Source of the DNA: a bacterium
GTDB lineage: Bacteria > J088 > JAWLBW01
Reading direction: 5' to 3'
Assembly: GCA_041690355.1 (NCBI GenBank)
Contig: JAWLHK010000013.1
Coordinates: 1-64,000, forward strand
Length of the DNA: 64,000 bases
Of this stretch, positions 21,097 to 30,652 are shown piece after piece (positions within the stretch are counted from its first letter, which is position 1; each line of letters begins with the position of its first letter). A program made the position numbers and the translations under genes. The notes under the pieces were generated by a model. The model saw nothing but the letters and a program-made list of their open reading frames with translations, was not told the DNA's origin and did no database searches.

Positions 21097-22365
21097 ATGC
21101 CGTCGCGTTATCCGCACCTTTCAGCCTTTGCAGCCGCTTTACTGCTTCTCCTTCTCGCGGCGGGCGAGAGCCGCGCCGCCAACTGGATTGCCGTTCAGGG
21201 GGCCGATCCGGCCACGCAACCGACGCATCGCCTGCGCGGATTCATTCAGACGGGCTACCAGCAGAACTTCGGCGAGCCGGTCGAAGGGTTGACCGGGCTC
21301 GCGCAGTTCAACGGGCAGCAGGCGATCTTCAACGTGGTCGGCCCCGAGGATGCGACGCGGACGTTTTTCCTGCGCCGCGCCCGCCTTTCGGCGCAGGGCC
21401 TGGCCACGATTCAGCCCGCGCCGATCGGGTATCGGCTGCAGGCCGAGTTCGCGCCGAACATCCTGACGCGCACGTCGGCCGTCGTGCTCACCGACGCCTT
21501 TCTGCACGCGCGAATCCTGCCGGGCCTGCGCGTGAAGCTCGGACAGTTCAAGCTGCCCACCCTGGACGAAGGGCTCGAGGGAAATCCGTACGTCGGCGAT
21601 TTCATCCACTACACCGGCGCGGCCCTGCTTCTGAACGAAAATCCCATCCGCCGCAATCCGGCGACGGCGATCAACGAATTTTCCGGCGGAGGTTTCGGTT
21701 TCCGTGACGTGGGCGTCCAGGTCTACGACTGGCATCGCATCGACCGATGGGAGGGAACCTACGCGGTCGCGTTGAGCAACGGCCGCATGGGGCTCGACGA
21801 CAACAATGCCAAGGACGTCAGCACGCGCGTGCAGCTGGCCTACGTATTCGACGGAAAAACGCAGGCCCTGGAGCGTGACGACGCCATGCTCTTTGCCTGG
21901 TATCTCGCCGGGCGCCGTCCCTTCGCTGCGGGAGAGTATCCGCGCATCCGCAAAGGGGTCGGCGCGCAGTGGGACGTGAAGCCGTTTCGTGTGCGGGCCG
22001 AGTACGTGCTCGCGCAGGGGATGATCGAGACGGGACTCGCGCCGCCGTTCGTGGGCGGGAGCCCCGGGCTTGTCGCCGATGGCACGGCGCGCGCCTGGTA
22101 CGTGGAGGGCGGGTGGCGGTTTCTGCCGCGCTGGGAGGCGAATGCGCGTTATGACGTTTACGATCGGATTCCCGACGATTTCCCGCAACGCCGCATTTTC
22201 CGCACGGCTACCCTGGGAACTCAGTTCGTGTGGAGCCCCCTCCTGCGCGTTCTCTTGAATTACGACATCCGCCGCCTCGAGGCGCCGGGGGGCAATGCCG
22301 ACGCGCAGATCCTCGCCGACGCCATGGCCGACCGGGCCACGCTGCAGGCGGTCATCGGCTGGTGA
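21097..22365 (+). CDS. Porin (OprO/OprP-like beta-barrel)
   Basis: Signal peptide; FLRRARL, LTDAF, KLGQFKLP, RDVG motifs; terminal W. Confidence 0.8.
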   Translation: MPSRYPHLSAFAAALLLLLLAAGESRAANWIAVQGADPATQPTHRLRGFIQTGYQQNFGEPVEGLTGLAQFNGQQAIFNVVGPEDATRTFFLRRARLSAQGLATIQPAPIGYRLQAEFAPNILTRTSAVVLTDAFLHARILPGLRVKLGQFKLPTLDEGLEGNPYVGDFIHYTGAALLLNENPIRRNPATAINEFSGGGFGFRDVGVQVYDWHRIDRWEGTYAVALSNGRMGLDDNNAKDVSTRVQLAYVFDGKTQALERDDAMLFAWYLAGRRPFAAGEYPRIRKGVGAQWDVKPFRVRAEYVLAQGMIETGLAPPFVGGSPGLVADGTARAWYVEGGWRFLPRWEANARYDVYDRIPDDFPQRRIFRTATLGTQFVWSPLLRVLLNYDIRRLEAPGGNADAQILADAMADRATLQAVIGW

Positions 22366-22413
22366 AGGCGCAGGCGCGAGCGGTACGCGAAGGCGAGCCG
22401 GTACGGCCGGAGG

Positions 22414-23817
22414 CTATCCGCCGACAATCCGCGCGGCCCCTTCGAGACTGAGCGCCGCGATGGTGATCTGCGGATTGACGCCGAGGGCTTCGGGAAAGGC
22501 GCTCGCGTCGAGCACCCAGAGGTTCTGCTGCCCCTTCACGCGGCCCTCGCCATCGGTCACCGTTCCCCGGTTCGCGCCGCCGAACGGGTGGGCGGTGTAG
22601 AGGTACTGCATGCCCGGGGCCACCGTCAGGCCCTCGGGCGGCGCGGCCAGCCACCCGGTTCCCCGATGGGAAATCAGGGTGCGCCTCGCGCCGGCCGCCA
22701 GGTACATTTCGACGGACCGCCGGTAATAATCGAGCGTTCTCGCGACGTCGGATTCCACGAGCGGATAGTCGATGACGGCATTCCCCGCACCCGAAAGGCG
22801 CACGCGTCCGCGCCCCGCCGAGCGGAGCAGCATGACGGCCCCGGCCAGGTGGCGGTAGCGGCGCAGGATCTCTTCATGCAGTTCCCCCTGCACCTGCGGC
22901 TGCACCGAAAACGACATCGCCTGATTTGAAACCCCTTCGATGAGGTAGCCCGGGCCGCGCCGGCCGTAGACGTCGGCGAACTCGAGTACGCCGTAGGCCA
23001 TGGGGATGCCGTTGTGGGCGTCGACCGGATCGTCGAAGTCTCCCCAGGTCAGCGTCTGGAGGTGAAACTGAAGCCCTTCGCCGGCCGCGATGCCGCTGCG
23101 CAGAAGGATGGCCGGCGTCTGCACGACCCCCGCGGCGAGCACGACGATATCGGCCCGGAATGTATCATCACGCGCGATCACGCGCCAGCCGCCGCCGTCT
23201 TTTTCAACGCGCTCGACCTCGGTATCGGAAAAGACGCGCGCCCCGGCCTCTTCGGCTGCGGGGATGTAGGTGAGATTCATGGACTGCTTGGCGTTGTACG
23301 AGCAGCCGAAGTGGCGGAAACCGCATTGGACGCAGTTCGGACTGTTGTGCCGCAGCCGCTCGCCCGCCCAGCCGAGCCGGGCGGCCCCCAACCCCACAAG
23401 GTAGTTGGCGCGGTTGATCTGTTCGCGCGTCATCTGCGTGACGCCGAGCGCGGCTTCGACTTCGTCGGCATGCCGGTTCAACGCGGCCCAGTCGATGGCC
23501 GAGCCGTAGGCCGACCACCGGTCCACCATCTCCTCGGGCGGGCGGAAACAGAGGGCGTCGTTGATGACCGTCGATCCGCCGACGACGCGCCCCTGCAGCA
23601 CGGTCACGCTGCCGTCTTCGGTCGCCTGCAGGCCGCTTCCCGCATACAGGGCCGGCACCATGTCGCGCTCGATCTGCGTGAAGTCGCGCGCGGTCATGCG
23701 CGGACCCGCTTCGAGCACGGCAACCCCGTCGCCCCAGGCCTTCGCGAGCACGGCCGCAGCGGGCGCCCCGCCGGCGCCGGAGCCGATGACGACCGCTTTG
23801 AATCGATGTTCTGCCAT
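22414..23817 (-). CDS. GMC family oxidoreductase
   Basis: GSGAGG, GRVVGGSTVIN, DASAFPEALGVNPQITI. Confidence 0.92.
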   Translation of the reverse strand: MAEHRFKAVVIGSGAGGAPAAAVLAKAWGDGVAVLEAGPRMTARDFTQIERDMVPALYAGSGLQATEDGSVTVLQGRVVGGSTVINDALCFRPPEEMVDRWSAYGSAIDWAALNRHADEVEAALGVTQMTREQINRANYLVGLGAARLGWAGERLRHNSPNCVQCGFRHFGCSYNAKQSMNLTYIPAAEEAGARVFSDTEVERVEKDGGGWRVIARDDTFRADIVVLAAGVVQTPAILLRSGIAAGEGLQFHLQTLTWGDFDDPVDAHNGIPMAYGVLEFADVYGRRGPGYLIEGVSNQAMSFSVQPQVQGELHEEILRRYRHLAGAVMLLRSAGRGRVRLSGAGNAVIDYPLVESDVARTLDYYRRSVEMYLAAGARRTLISHRGTGWLAAPPEGLTVAPGMQYLYTAHPFGGANRGTVTDGEGRVKGQQNLWVLDASAFPEALGVNPQITIAALSLEGAARIVGG

Positions 23818-23821
23818 GGCT

Positions 23822-24424
23822 TCAGGGAACCTTTTCGTCCCAGGTGAAGAGGGCCGTCTGCCCCGGAGCGCGTCCCGGATGCGCTTCGCCGGGAATCGTC
23901 GGACCCGGATAGCCCATCACGGCCCATCCGGCCGGTGTGCTGGAAAAGGATGAGGCCGTGGCCGCGTGCAGAAAGCCCCAGATACTGCGGCGCAGGCCGA
24001 TGCGGCTCGTGCGCCAGGCTTCGGCGTGCGCCGCCTGGGCCTCGGGCGACAGGCGGCTGAAGCGGGTGAGCCCCCAGGTGGCATGCTCGAAGAGATGCAG
24101 CGAGACGCCGAGCAGGCGCCGCTGCTCGGCGGTCATGCGCATGAGCATGGCGTCGACGTCGTGCGCCGGATCCCAGGCGCCGGCTTCAATTGCCTGCCTG
24201 CCTGCGGGACCGACGATGGCGGCTGCCGCGGCGGCGACCACGCGCGCCTGCCGGTTCGAAAGGTAATGCAGGGGAACGAGCGCCACGTCGGGCTCGTCGC
24301 TGAGCAGGGTGGGAACGGCTTTGGCCGCGCCGTAGCCGAGCAGCGCCAATGCGCTCAGCTTCAGAAAGTCGCGCCTGCGCAGCCGGTGTGCCGGCGGCGG
24401 TGGGGGGAGGGTGGGCTCGTGCAT
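23822..24424 (-). CDS. Tat-exported gluconate-2-dehydrogenase subunit-3-like partner of the GMC enzyme
   Basis: RRRDFLK twin-arginine motif; RFSRLS and C-terminal MGYPGP. Confidence 0.75.
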   Translation of the reverse strand: MHEPTLPPPPPAHRLRRRDFLKLSALALLGYGAAKAVPTLLSDEPDVALVPLHYLSNRQARVVAAAAAAIVGPAGRQAIEAGAWDPAHDVDAMLMRMTAEQRRLLGVSLHLFEHATWGLTRFSRLSPEAQAAHAEAWRTSRIGLRRSIWGFLHAATASSFSSTPAGWAVMGYPGPTIPGEAHPGRAPGQTALFTWDEKVP

Positions 24425-24504
24425 GCGAATTCAATTATCCTTGGTCGGGGCCGTGGATGGCAAGCAACACCGTGCACCGGGCGCCGATGGGGTACCATCT
24501 AGGG

Positions 24505-25689
24505 ATGCCGGCACTGCGCTTCGGAATCCTTGCGATCGGGTTACTCACCGCAGCACTGTTTGCGCCGCTGCGTGCGATGGCCGCTCCGATCACGGACGCA
24601 GCCTCTGCTCCGCTTTCCTTCACGCAAGCCGTCATTCCCACCGCGACGCCGGTAACGACGGAGTCGCAGTCGACGGTCACCCAGGAACCTCCCGGATACG
24701 GCCTGCTCCCGGCTGCGGCCGCCGTATTTCCCGGCATTCTCGTGCACGGAACCGGCCATCTCGTCGCGGGCGACAGTGAAGGCGGTCTTGCGCTGCTGCG
24801 TTGGGAGGGGCTGGGGGCAGCCCTGTTCTTCGGCGGCGTGATTCCGCTGGGTCTCAGCGGAGCCTCGCGACAGGTGGTGCGTCCGCTCTATTATCTGTCC
24901 ATCGCCGGCGCAACGCTGTTCGCCGTCACCTGGTTCGCCGACGTCTACGGCGCGGCCACGGGAGGCCGTCCGCAGGCGGCGCCGCTCGGCATGCGCCCCA
25001 TCTGGGGGAGTGAAGCCGGGTATGTCTGGATCGACGACCCGCAGTTCGAGTACGACAGCTTCTTCCGCGTCGCCGCGCCGCTGCACATCGGCCGCCTGGG
25101 GCTCGCGCCGGAGGCCTGGATCAGCCTCGCCACTCCGCATGACATGATCCGCGTCGAGGCCACCTGGCGCATCTCGGGTCCGCTCTCCAGCACGCTTCTC
25201 CGGGACGAGACCTCGCTCGACGCCGTCCTTGCGGTCAGCCGGTGGAATTTCAGTCCCGAAGGGTTCCGCGTGTGGACGACCGATCTCGCGCTGCGCGGCC
25301 GCTACGACATGTTCCGCCTCAACCGGTCGCTGGCCGGTTCCTTCGCCGAAGGGGAACTGGGCTGGGGGCTCGAGAGCTTCACCTACGATGTTCCGCACCG
25401 GTCGCTCGAGGGCGATACGGCCGCGCTCCTTCTGGCCCGCATCGGCTACGGTGTGCGGTTCGGTACGCCTCCGGTAGGCCACGGCGAGGCCGTGCTGTAC
25501 TACGATCACCGGCATGACGACTGGCTCGGCGGCTCGGGCTTTGGCGGACTGGGTGACGGGGTGCTCGGCCATTGGGGAATCGAAGGGCGCTGGTTCTTCA
25601 CGGAGCACTGGGGGATCGCCGCCGAAGTCGGCCAGGGGGCAGCCTGGATGACGCGCGCCGATCTTGTCTACCGCGGGGGGATGCCGTGA
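24505..25689 (+). CDS. Hypothetical outer-membrane protein (TM helices plus beta-barrel-like C-terminus)
   Basis: Signal peptide, PG..HG.GH motif, aromatic-rich strands; GTGA overlap with the next gene. Confidence 0.65.
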   Translation: MPALRFGILAIGLLTAALFAPLRAMAAPITDAASAPLSFTQAVIPTATPVTTESQSTVTQEPPGYGLLPAAAAVFPGILVHGTGHLVAGDSEGGLALLRWEGLGAALFFGGVIPLGLSGASRQVVRPLYYLSIAGATLFAVTWFADVYGAATGGRPQAAPLGMRPIWGSEAGYVWIDDPQFEYDSFFRVAAPLHIGRLGLAPEAWISLATPHDMIRVEATWRISGPLSSTLLRDETSLDAVLAVSRWNFSPEGFRVWTTDLALRGRYDMFRLNRSLAGSFAEGELGWGLESFTYDVPHRSLEGDTAALLLARIGYGVRFGTPPVGHGEAVLYYDHRHDDWLGGSGFGGLGDGVLGHWGIEGRWFFTEHWGIAAEVGQGAAWMTRADLVYRGGMP

Positions 25690-26804
25690 ACGCGCATCGG
25701 CATGGGTGGAAACGGAAAGCGGCGGCCTTCGTGCTCGCCCTGTTGGCGGCATGCGTCATCGAACCGGCCGAAGAGCGCGCGCTGCTCGACGACGTGGTCG
25801 GCCGGGGGAGCGCCGGCGGCGTCCGGTTCCGCGTCGAGGGGGGCCTTGCGGGCATCCGGAACCTCTCCCCGGGACAGATTGAACTCTGGTTGCAGGCGCC
25901 CGCGGTGCGCATCGCCGTCGAGGCGGCCCCCGGCGCCGTCACGGCCTGGACGATCACGGCCCGCAATGCGGTGACCGACGCCGCGCTGGTTTTCGCCGGG
26001 AACGCTTCGGGAAGCGTGCGCGCGCTCGGAGCGGGGGCGACGGCGAACACCCTGCGCTGGCAAACGGAACTTCCGTCCGGCGCATCGTCGCTCCTGCTGG
26101 GGCCGCCCGACGTCGGTTCACGATCGCCGTGGACCTTCGCGGTGCTCAGCGACGTACAGGAAGCGATCGGCGACGTCGGCGATATCTGGGCGCGCATGGC
26201 CGAGGACCCGGAGATCCGCTTCGTGGTCTCTACGGGCGACCTGACGGAACAGGGGGAACGCGAGGAGCTGCTCGCGTTTCAGGCGTCGATGGCGGCGCTG
26301 CCGGTTCCGCTCTATTCCACGGTGGGCAACCATGAGCTGGGCGTGCCGCCCGACGCCTGGCATGCGCTGTTCGGTCCGTTCAACTTTCAGTTCCTGTACC
26401 GCGACGTCGCGTTCACGTTTGTCGATTCGGCGAGCGCGACGGTCGACCCTCGGGTCTACGATCGCCTCGATCGGTGGCTGCAGGGCGCGCGAGAGCGGTA
26501 TCACGTCTTCGTGACCCACGAGCCGATTCTCGATCCGGTCGGCGAGCGCAACGGCGGTTTCCGCAGCCGCAAGGAGGCGGGCAAGCTGCTGCGCATGCTG
26601 GCCGTGAATCAGGTAGACTTGCTCTTCTTCGGGCACATCCACTCGTTCTATGCCTATTCGCTCGGCGGAACCGAGACGTACATCTCCGGCGGCGGCGGGG
26701 CCATCCCCGAGCGGCTTGACGGCATCGGCCGCCACTACCTGCGCGTCACCGTCGACCCGGTGCGCGAGGAGGCCATCGTGTCCGTCGTGCGTGTGGACCC
26801 GTAG
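25686..26804 (+). CDS. Metallophosphoesterase lipoprotein
   Basis: Lipobox LAAC; SDVQ, GDL, GNHE, H, GHIH calcineurin-like motifs. Confidence 0.9.
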   Translation: MNAHRHGWKRKAAAFVLALLAACVIEPAEERALLDDVVGRGSAGGVRFRVEGGLAGIRNLSPGQIELWLQAPAVRIAVEAAPGAVTAWTITARNAVTDAALVFAGNASGSVRALGAGATANTLRWQTELPSGASSLLLGPPDVGSRSPWTFAVLSDVQEAIGDVGDIWARMAEDPEIRFVVSTGDLTEQGEREELLAFQASMAALPVPLYSTVGNHELGVPPDAWHALFGPFNFQFLYRDVAFTFVDSASATVDPRVYDRLDRWLQGARERYHVFVTHEPILDPVGERNGGFRSRKEAGKLLRMLAVNQVDLLFFGHIHSFYAYSLGGTETYISGGGGAIPERLDGIGRHYLRVTVDPVREEAIVSVVRVDP

Positions 26805-26908
26805 CGGAAGCGCGAAGCGCTGACTTCGCTTCGCGGATGCCCAATTCCCGATGCCCTGCGAGGGCATCCATCATGAGGCTCTTGGGTGTTCTCAAGTCCT
26901 TGCCGCCA

Positions 26909-26980
26909 AATCGTCAATCGTCAATTGTAGATTGTCAATTTGCCTGATTCGTCACTCCTCACTCGTAACTCGTCACTTGA
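26909..26980. repeat. Degenerate heptamer tandem tracts (AATCGTC)n + (CACTCGT)n
   Basis: aatcgtc aatcgtc aattgta gattgtc; gattcgt cactcct cactcgt aactcgt cacttga. Confidence 0.85.
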
Positions 26981-26981
26981 G

Positions 26982-27575
26982 TCAGGGGCGTGCCTCTTCG
27001 CCGGCCTGTGCCTGCGCCGGCTCGGCCGCCTCGGCCTGCCGCACGCACTGGACTTCGGCTTGAATCTTGACGGCGTTGGCCACCAGTACGCCGCCGGTCT
27101 CGATGACCTGGTTCCAGCGCAGCCCCCAGTCGCGCCGATCGATCTCGCCCGCGGCCGAGAAGCCGACACGTTCGTTGCCCCAGGGGTCGGTACCACGGCC
27201 GTCGAAGCTGGCGTCGAGCTCGACCTCAATGGTCGTGGTGCAGATCGTGAGGTCGCCGATCACGCGGAACCGGTCTCCCTCTTTCTTCATGGCGCCATTC
27301 ACCTGCCGGCTTCGGAAGCGGATTTTCGGGTGCTTCTCGACGTTGAAGAAGTCGGCCGAGCGCAGGTGGTTGTCGCGGTCGGCGACGCCGGTGTCGATGC
27401 TGGCGACGTCGATCTCGGCCGTCACGTACGAGTTGTCGGGAATTTCGTCGTCGGTGAGCACCTCGACGGTGAAATCGCGGAAGCGGCCGCGCACGGTCGT
27501 GATCATCATGTGCTTGACCGAGAATTCGATGCTGGAATGCGTGGGGTCGGCCACCCACCTCGTTTTCTTCGCCAT
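26982..27575 (-). CDS. yceI: YceI family polyisoprenoid-binding protein
   Basis: DPTHSSIEFSVKHMM, RDNHLRSADFF, DPWG. Confidence 0.95.
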   Translation of the reverse strand: MAKKTRWVADPTHSSIEFSVKHMMITTVRGRFRDFTVEVLTDDEIPDNSYVTAEIDVASIDTGVADRDNHLRSADFFNVEKHPKIRFRSRQVNGAMKKEGDRFRVIGDLTICTTTIEVELDASFDGRGTDPWGNERVGFSAAGEIDRRDWGLRWNQVIETGGVLVANAVKIQAEVQCVRQAEAAEPAQAQAGEEARP

Positions 27576-27695
27576 GCTTTCCTCCGGTGTCGAGTCGGTT
27601 CCGGCTGCAGTGGCGAGTATGACACGAATGCGGCCGGGCGAAATCTGCGACGGCGCAATTCGATTGCGCCCGTGAGGTGCAGGGGTGGCGGGGGG

Positions 27696-28037
27696 CTACT
27701 TCTTCAGTCCTGCAAACGGCTTCCAGGTCGACGGGGCCGCCGCTTCGCGGATCTCTGTGCTGCCGTGCGCCGCCTGCTCTTCGAACCGCTGGTGTTCGTT
27801 GTCATGGCAGTAGACGCAGAGGTTCTCCCAGTTGCTGCCGTCGGGCGGGTTGTTGTCGTGGTTGTGGTCTTTGTGATGCACCGTGAGCAGGTGCAGATTG
27901 GCGCGCGTGAACTCCTTGCCGCACCGGGCGCAGACCCAGGGGTGGATTTTCAAGGACTGTTCGCGATAGCCTTTTTCGCGTTCGGCTCGGCTGCGGCGTG
28001 CCGACGCGACCAGTTTTTCCCAGGGTTCCTCTGCCAT
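27696..28037 (-). CDS. yajD: YajD family HNH nuclease
   Basis: YREQSLKIHPWVCARC...TVHHKDHNHDNNPPDGSNWENLCVYCHDNEH. Confidence 0.95.
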   Translation of the reverse strand: MAEEPWEKLVASARRSRAEREKGYREQSLKIHPWVCARCGKEFTRANLHLLTVHHKDHNHDNNPPDGSNWENLCVYCHDNEHQRFEEQAAHGSTEIREAAAPSTWKPFAGLKK

Positions 28038-28082
28038 GAAGACAGGGTATCGCAGAACCGCATGGCGGTCACGTGCCGCCGA

Positions 28083-28197
28083 AAGCGACAAGCGCCGAGG
28101 ACCAAGCGCCAAGCAAAGGCGAACGAAGGGTACAACGGCGAGCGTCCGGTTCGTGTTTCGCCGGTTACCGTCTACGGACTACGGATTTCCGGCTACC
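28083..28197. repeat. Two heptamer tracts (AAGCGCC)n and (GACTACG/GGCTACC)n
   Basis: aagcgac aagcgcc gaggacc aagcgcc at 28083; ggttacc gtctacg gactacg gatttcc ggctacc at 28163. Confidence 0.65.
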
Positions 28198-28771
28198 GCT
28201 TGGGCGGCGGAGTCACCTTCGGCGCCGGAACCCGGTTTTCGAGGGGAGGAATGCTGCGGAGATAAGCGAAGATGGCCTTCAGGTCTTCTTCCGTCGCTTT
28301 GCCCAGGTTGAACCAGGGCATCGGGGGCAGAATCGGACGCCCCTGGCCCATGTGCTTGCCCGTGCGCATGGCCTCGACGAATTCCTTCTCCGTCCATCCG
28401 CCGAGGCCCGTCTTGTGCGGCGTCAGGTTGGCGGCATAGGAAATCCCCCATGGCCCCGCAAAGGCCGTCATGCTCCCCGTGGCCGCCCAGGACCAGGGTC
28501 CCTCGGGGATCCCCTTGGGCGCAGTCAGTTCGCCATTCTGGTGGCCTGAAAGCATCCGGCTCCCGTCCGGTTCGGGTCCCTTGCTCCCCATCTTCCACGG
28601 GGTGTGACAATCGCCGCAGCCGCCGACCGTGACCAGGTATTCGCCCCGTTTCACGGCGTCTCCCTCGGCCGCGAAGGCCCAGGGGGTTTGCGCCTGCGGG
28701 AGTACGCCGGCCACCATGAGCAATACGATACCCAGCCAGACGACTGCAAAGGGCACGAGTCTGCGGACCAT
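28193..28771 (-). CDS. Exported monoheme cytochrome c
   Basis: RGEYLV..GCGDCHTP; ANLTP; PPMPW distal Met; N-terminal signal. Confidence 0.9.
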   Translation of the reverse strand: MVRRLVPFAVVWLGIVLLMVAGVLPQAQTPWAFAAEGDAVKRGEYLVTVGGCGDCHTPWKMGSKGPEPDGSRMLSGHQNGELTAPKGIPEGPWSWAATGSMTAFAGPWGISYAANLTPHKTGLGGWTEKEFVEAMRTGKHMGQGRPILPPMPWFNLGKATEEDLKAIFAYLRSIPPLENRVPAPKVTPPPKR

Positions 28772-28872
28772 GTCTCATTCTCCGTCGAAGAAATATCCGC
28801 CTATCTTACGGCGAGACAGATCGGCAGGGGAAGGGGGTCGCAGAGCCGAGCGTAATTTTCTACAATGCCTCC

Positions 28873-29529
28873 ATGGCTTATCATCTCTCTCCACAAGAAG
28901 TGCGCGTGCTCGGTTGCCTCATCGAGAAGGAACTGACGACGCCCGACGCCTATCCGCTCAGCCTCAACGCGCTGACCACCGCCTGCAACCAGAAATCGAG
29001 CCGCGAGCCGGTCGTCGAGTACGACGAAGAGACCGTGCAGACGGCGGTCGACACCCTGCGCGACAAGGGGTTTGCGCGGCTGGCGACGGCCGGCGACGCG
29101 CGGGTGCGCAAATATCGCGAAAGCCTGGGCCCCGATCGCCAGCTCGTGCCGCGCGAGCTCGGTCTGCTCAGCCTGCTGCTGCTGCGGGGCTCGCAGACGC
29201 CGGGCGAGCTCAAGAGCCGTTCGGGGCGGATGTACGAATTCGCCGATCTGGAGGAGGTAGAACGCACGCTGGCCGATCTGACGGAACGCGGATTCGTTCT
29301 GAAGCTTGCGCGTCAGCCCGGGTCGCGGGAAGCACGATGGGCGCACCTGTTCGGCGAAGAGCCGACGGCCGAGACGGTGCCCACCCCCGCGCAGGCGGCG
29401 CGCTCGGTGATACCCGACGCCAGCGTCGATCACGGACGCATCGCCGCACTCGAAGTCGAGCTCGATGGGCTGCGCAAGGAAATCGAGGCGTTGCGCGAGG
29501 CCTTCGAAGAGTTCCGCCGGCAGTTCTGA
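28873..29529 (+). CDS. yceH: YceH / DUF480 family protein
   Basis: RVLGCLIEKE.TTPD.YPLSLNAL..ACNQKSSREP; RG.QTPGEL. Confidence 0.93.
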   Translation: MAYHLSPQEVRVLGCLIEKELTTPDAYPLSLNALTTACNQKSSREPVVEYDEETVQTAVDTLRDKGFARLATAGDARVRKYRESLGPDRQLVPRELGLLSLLLLRGSQTPGELKSRSGRMYEFADLEEVERTLADLTERGFVLKLARQPGSREARWAHLFGEEPTAETVPTPAQAARSVIPDASVDHGRIAALEVELDGLRKEIEALREAFEEFRRQF

Positions 29530-29539
29530 ACAGGTCGGT

Positions 29540-30565
29540 TCAGGGCGGGGGGAGCGGCTGGTAGCGCGGATCCGTTCCGTTGATTTCTGCCCAGAGGTCC
29601 GACAGCTTCAGAGAGCGGTCAGAAGTTCTGTCGACCCATTCGGTGGGCACCTGCCGATCGGGGTGAAAGCGGATGCCCCAGATCGGGTCGAAAGCGTCGG
29701 TGCGCAGGGAGTAGCGGACGTCGCCCATGACCGAGGGGTCGTCCAGGGCGCGTGCCACCCATCCGGAAGAGAACCAGCGGAAGCGCTCGAAGTCCCGCAT
29801 GGTGCGTTCGCGGTTGCGCACCCACGGCGGGAGCTCTTTCCCGGTCAACAGGGGAACGCTGCTCCCCTCGGACCACTGCGCACTGCCGAACCAGGGTATG
29901 CGGATGCGGTCGACATACAGTCTTCCGTCGGCTTCGTACAGCGAACGCCACACCCACTGGTTGGCCAGCGTGGGAAAGACTTCGCCCCGAACGCGCGGCG
30001 GATGGTTGCGCGTCAGGGCAATCTGCTCCTGCGCGGCAAGCGCGCGATCGCGCTGCACGGCACCGAGTGCGAGATAGAGCAGGGCGAAGGCGAGGGCCGC
30101 GAGAACGGGTCCACGCACGTTTCGCACGACCGACCAGACGAGCCCGATCAGGAGCGCGAGCGTGAAGACCGGATCGACGATGGAGACGGTGTCCCAGGCC
30201 ACCCGGACGTTCGAGAAGGGCCAGAGCAGCTGGGTGCCGTAGGTCGTGCAGGCGTCGAGCAGCCCGTGCGTGGCGTAGCCGACCGTAGTGGCGCCGACGA
30301 CCGCTTTCCACTGCTTCCGGTATCCCCGGCGAACGAAGAACGGCAGGGCGACCAGCAGACCGCCGATGGGGATGAAGGCGAGGCTGTGCGTGAAGTGCCT
30401 GTGGTACTCGATGGCGAGCAGCGGGTCGGTCTCGCTACGGATGAGCACGTCGAGATCGGCCGCCATGCCGCCGGCCGCGCCGAGCAGCCAGGCCGCGTTC
30501 AGTTTCTTCCCGAAGATCGGTTGCGCCGCCGCGGCGCCGAGCAGTCCCTGCGTGACGGGATCCAC
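29540..30565 (-). CDS. Membrane-bound metal-dependent hydrolase (YdjM/DUF457-like)
   Basis: MDPVTQGLLG, DLD, HRHFTHS, HGLLDACTTYG. Confidence 0.9.
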   Translation of the reverse strand: MDPVTQGLLGAAAAQPIFGKKLNAAWLLGAAGGMAADLDVLIRSETDPLLAIEYHRHFTHSLAFIPIGGLLVALPFFVRRGYRKQWKAVVGATTVGYATHGLLDACTTYGTQLLWPFSNVRVAWDTVSIVDPVFTLALLIGLVWSVVRNVRGPVLAALAFALLYLALGAVQRDRALAAQEQIALTRNHPPRVRGEVFPTLANQWVWRSLYEADGRLYVDRIRIPWFGSAQWSEGSSVPLLTGKELPPWVRNRERTMRDFERFRWFSSGWVARALDDPSVMGDVRYSLRTDAFDPIWGIRFHPDRQVPTEWVDRTSDRSLKLSDLWAEINGTDPRYQPLPPP

Positions 30566-30652
30566 GGATTCACTCCAGATGCGGTAGGCGGAACCCCCCC
30601 TGGCGGGCGCTCCGTGGCGATCACTGTAACACAGAGCAGGGGCCGAACCGGC

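Noticed and set aside
26805-26908. Possible four-helix-bundle or GxxExxY gene remnant next to the heptamer tract
   Set aside because: Only a faint HRELG-like peptide; two short hairpins explain the region equally well as terminators.
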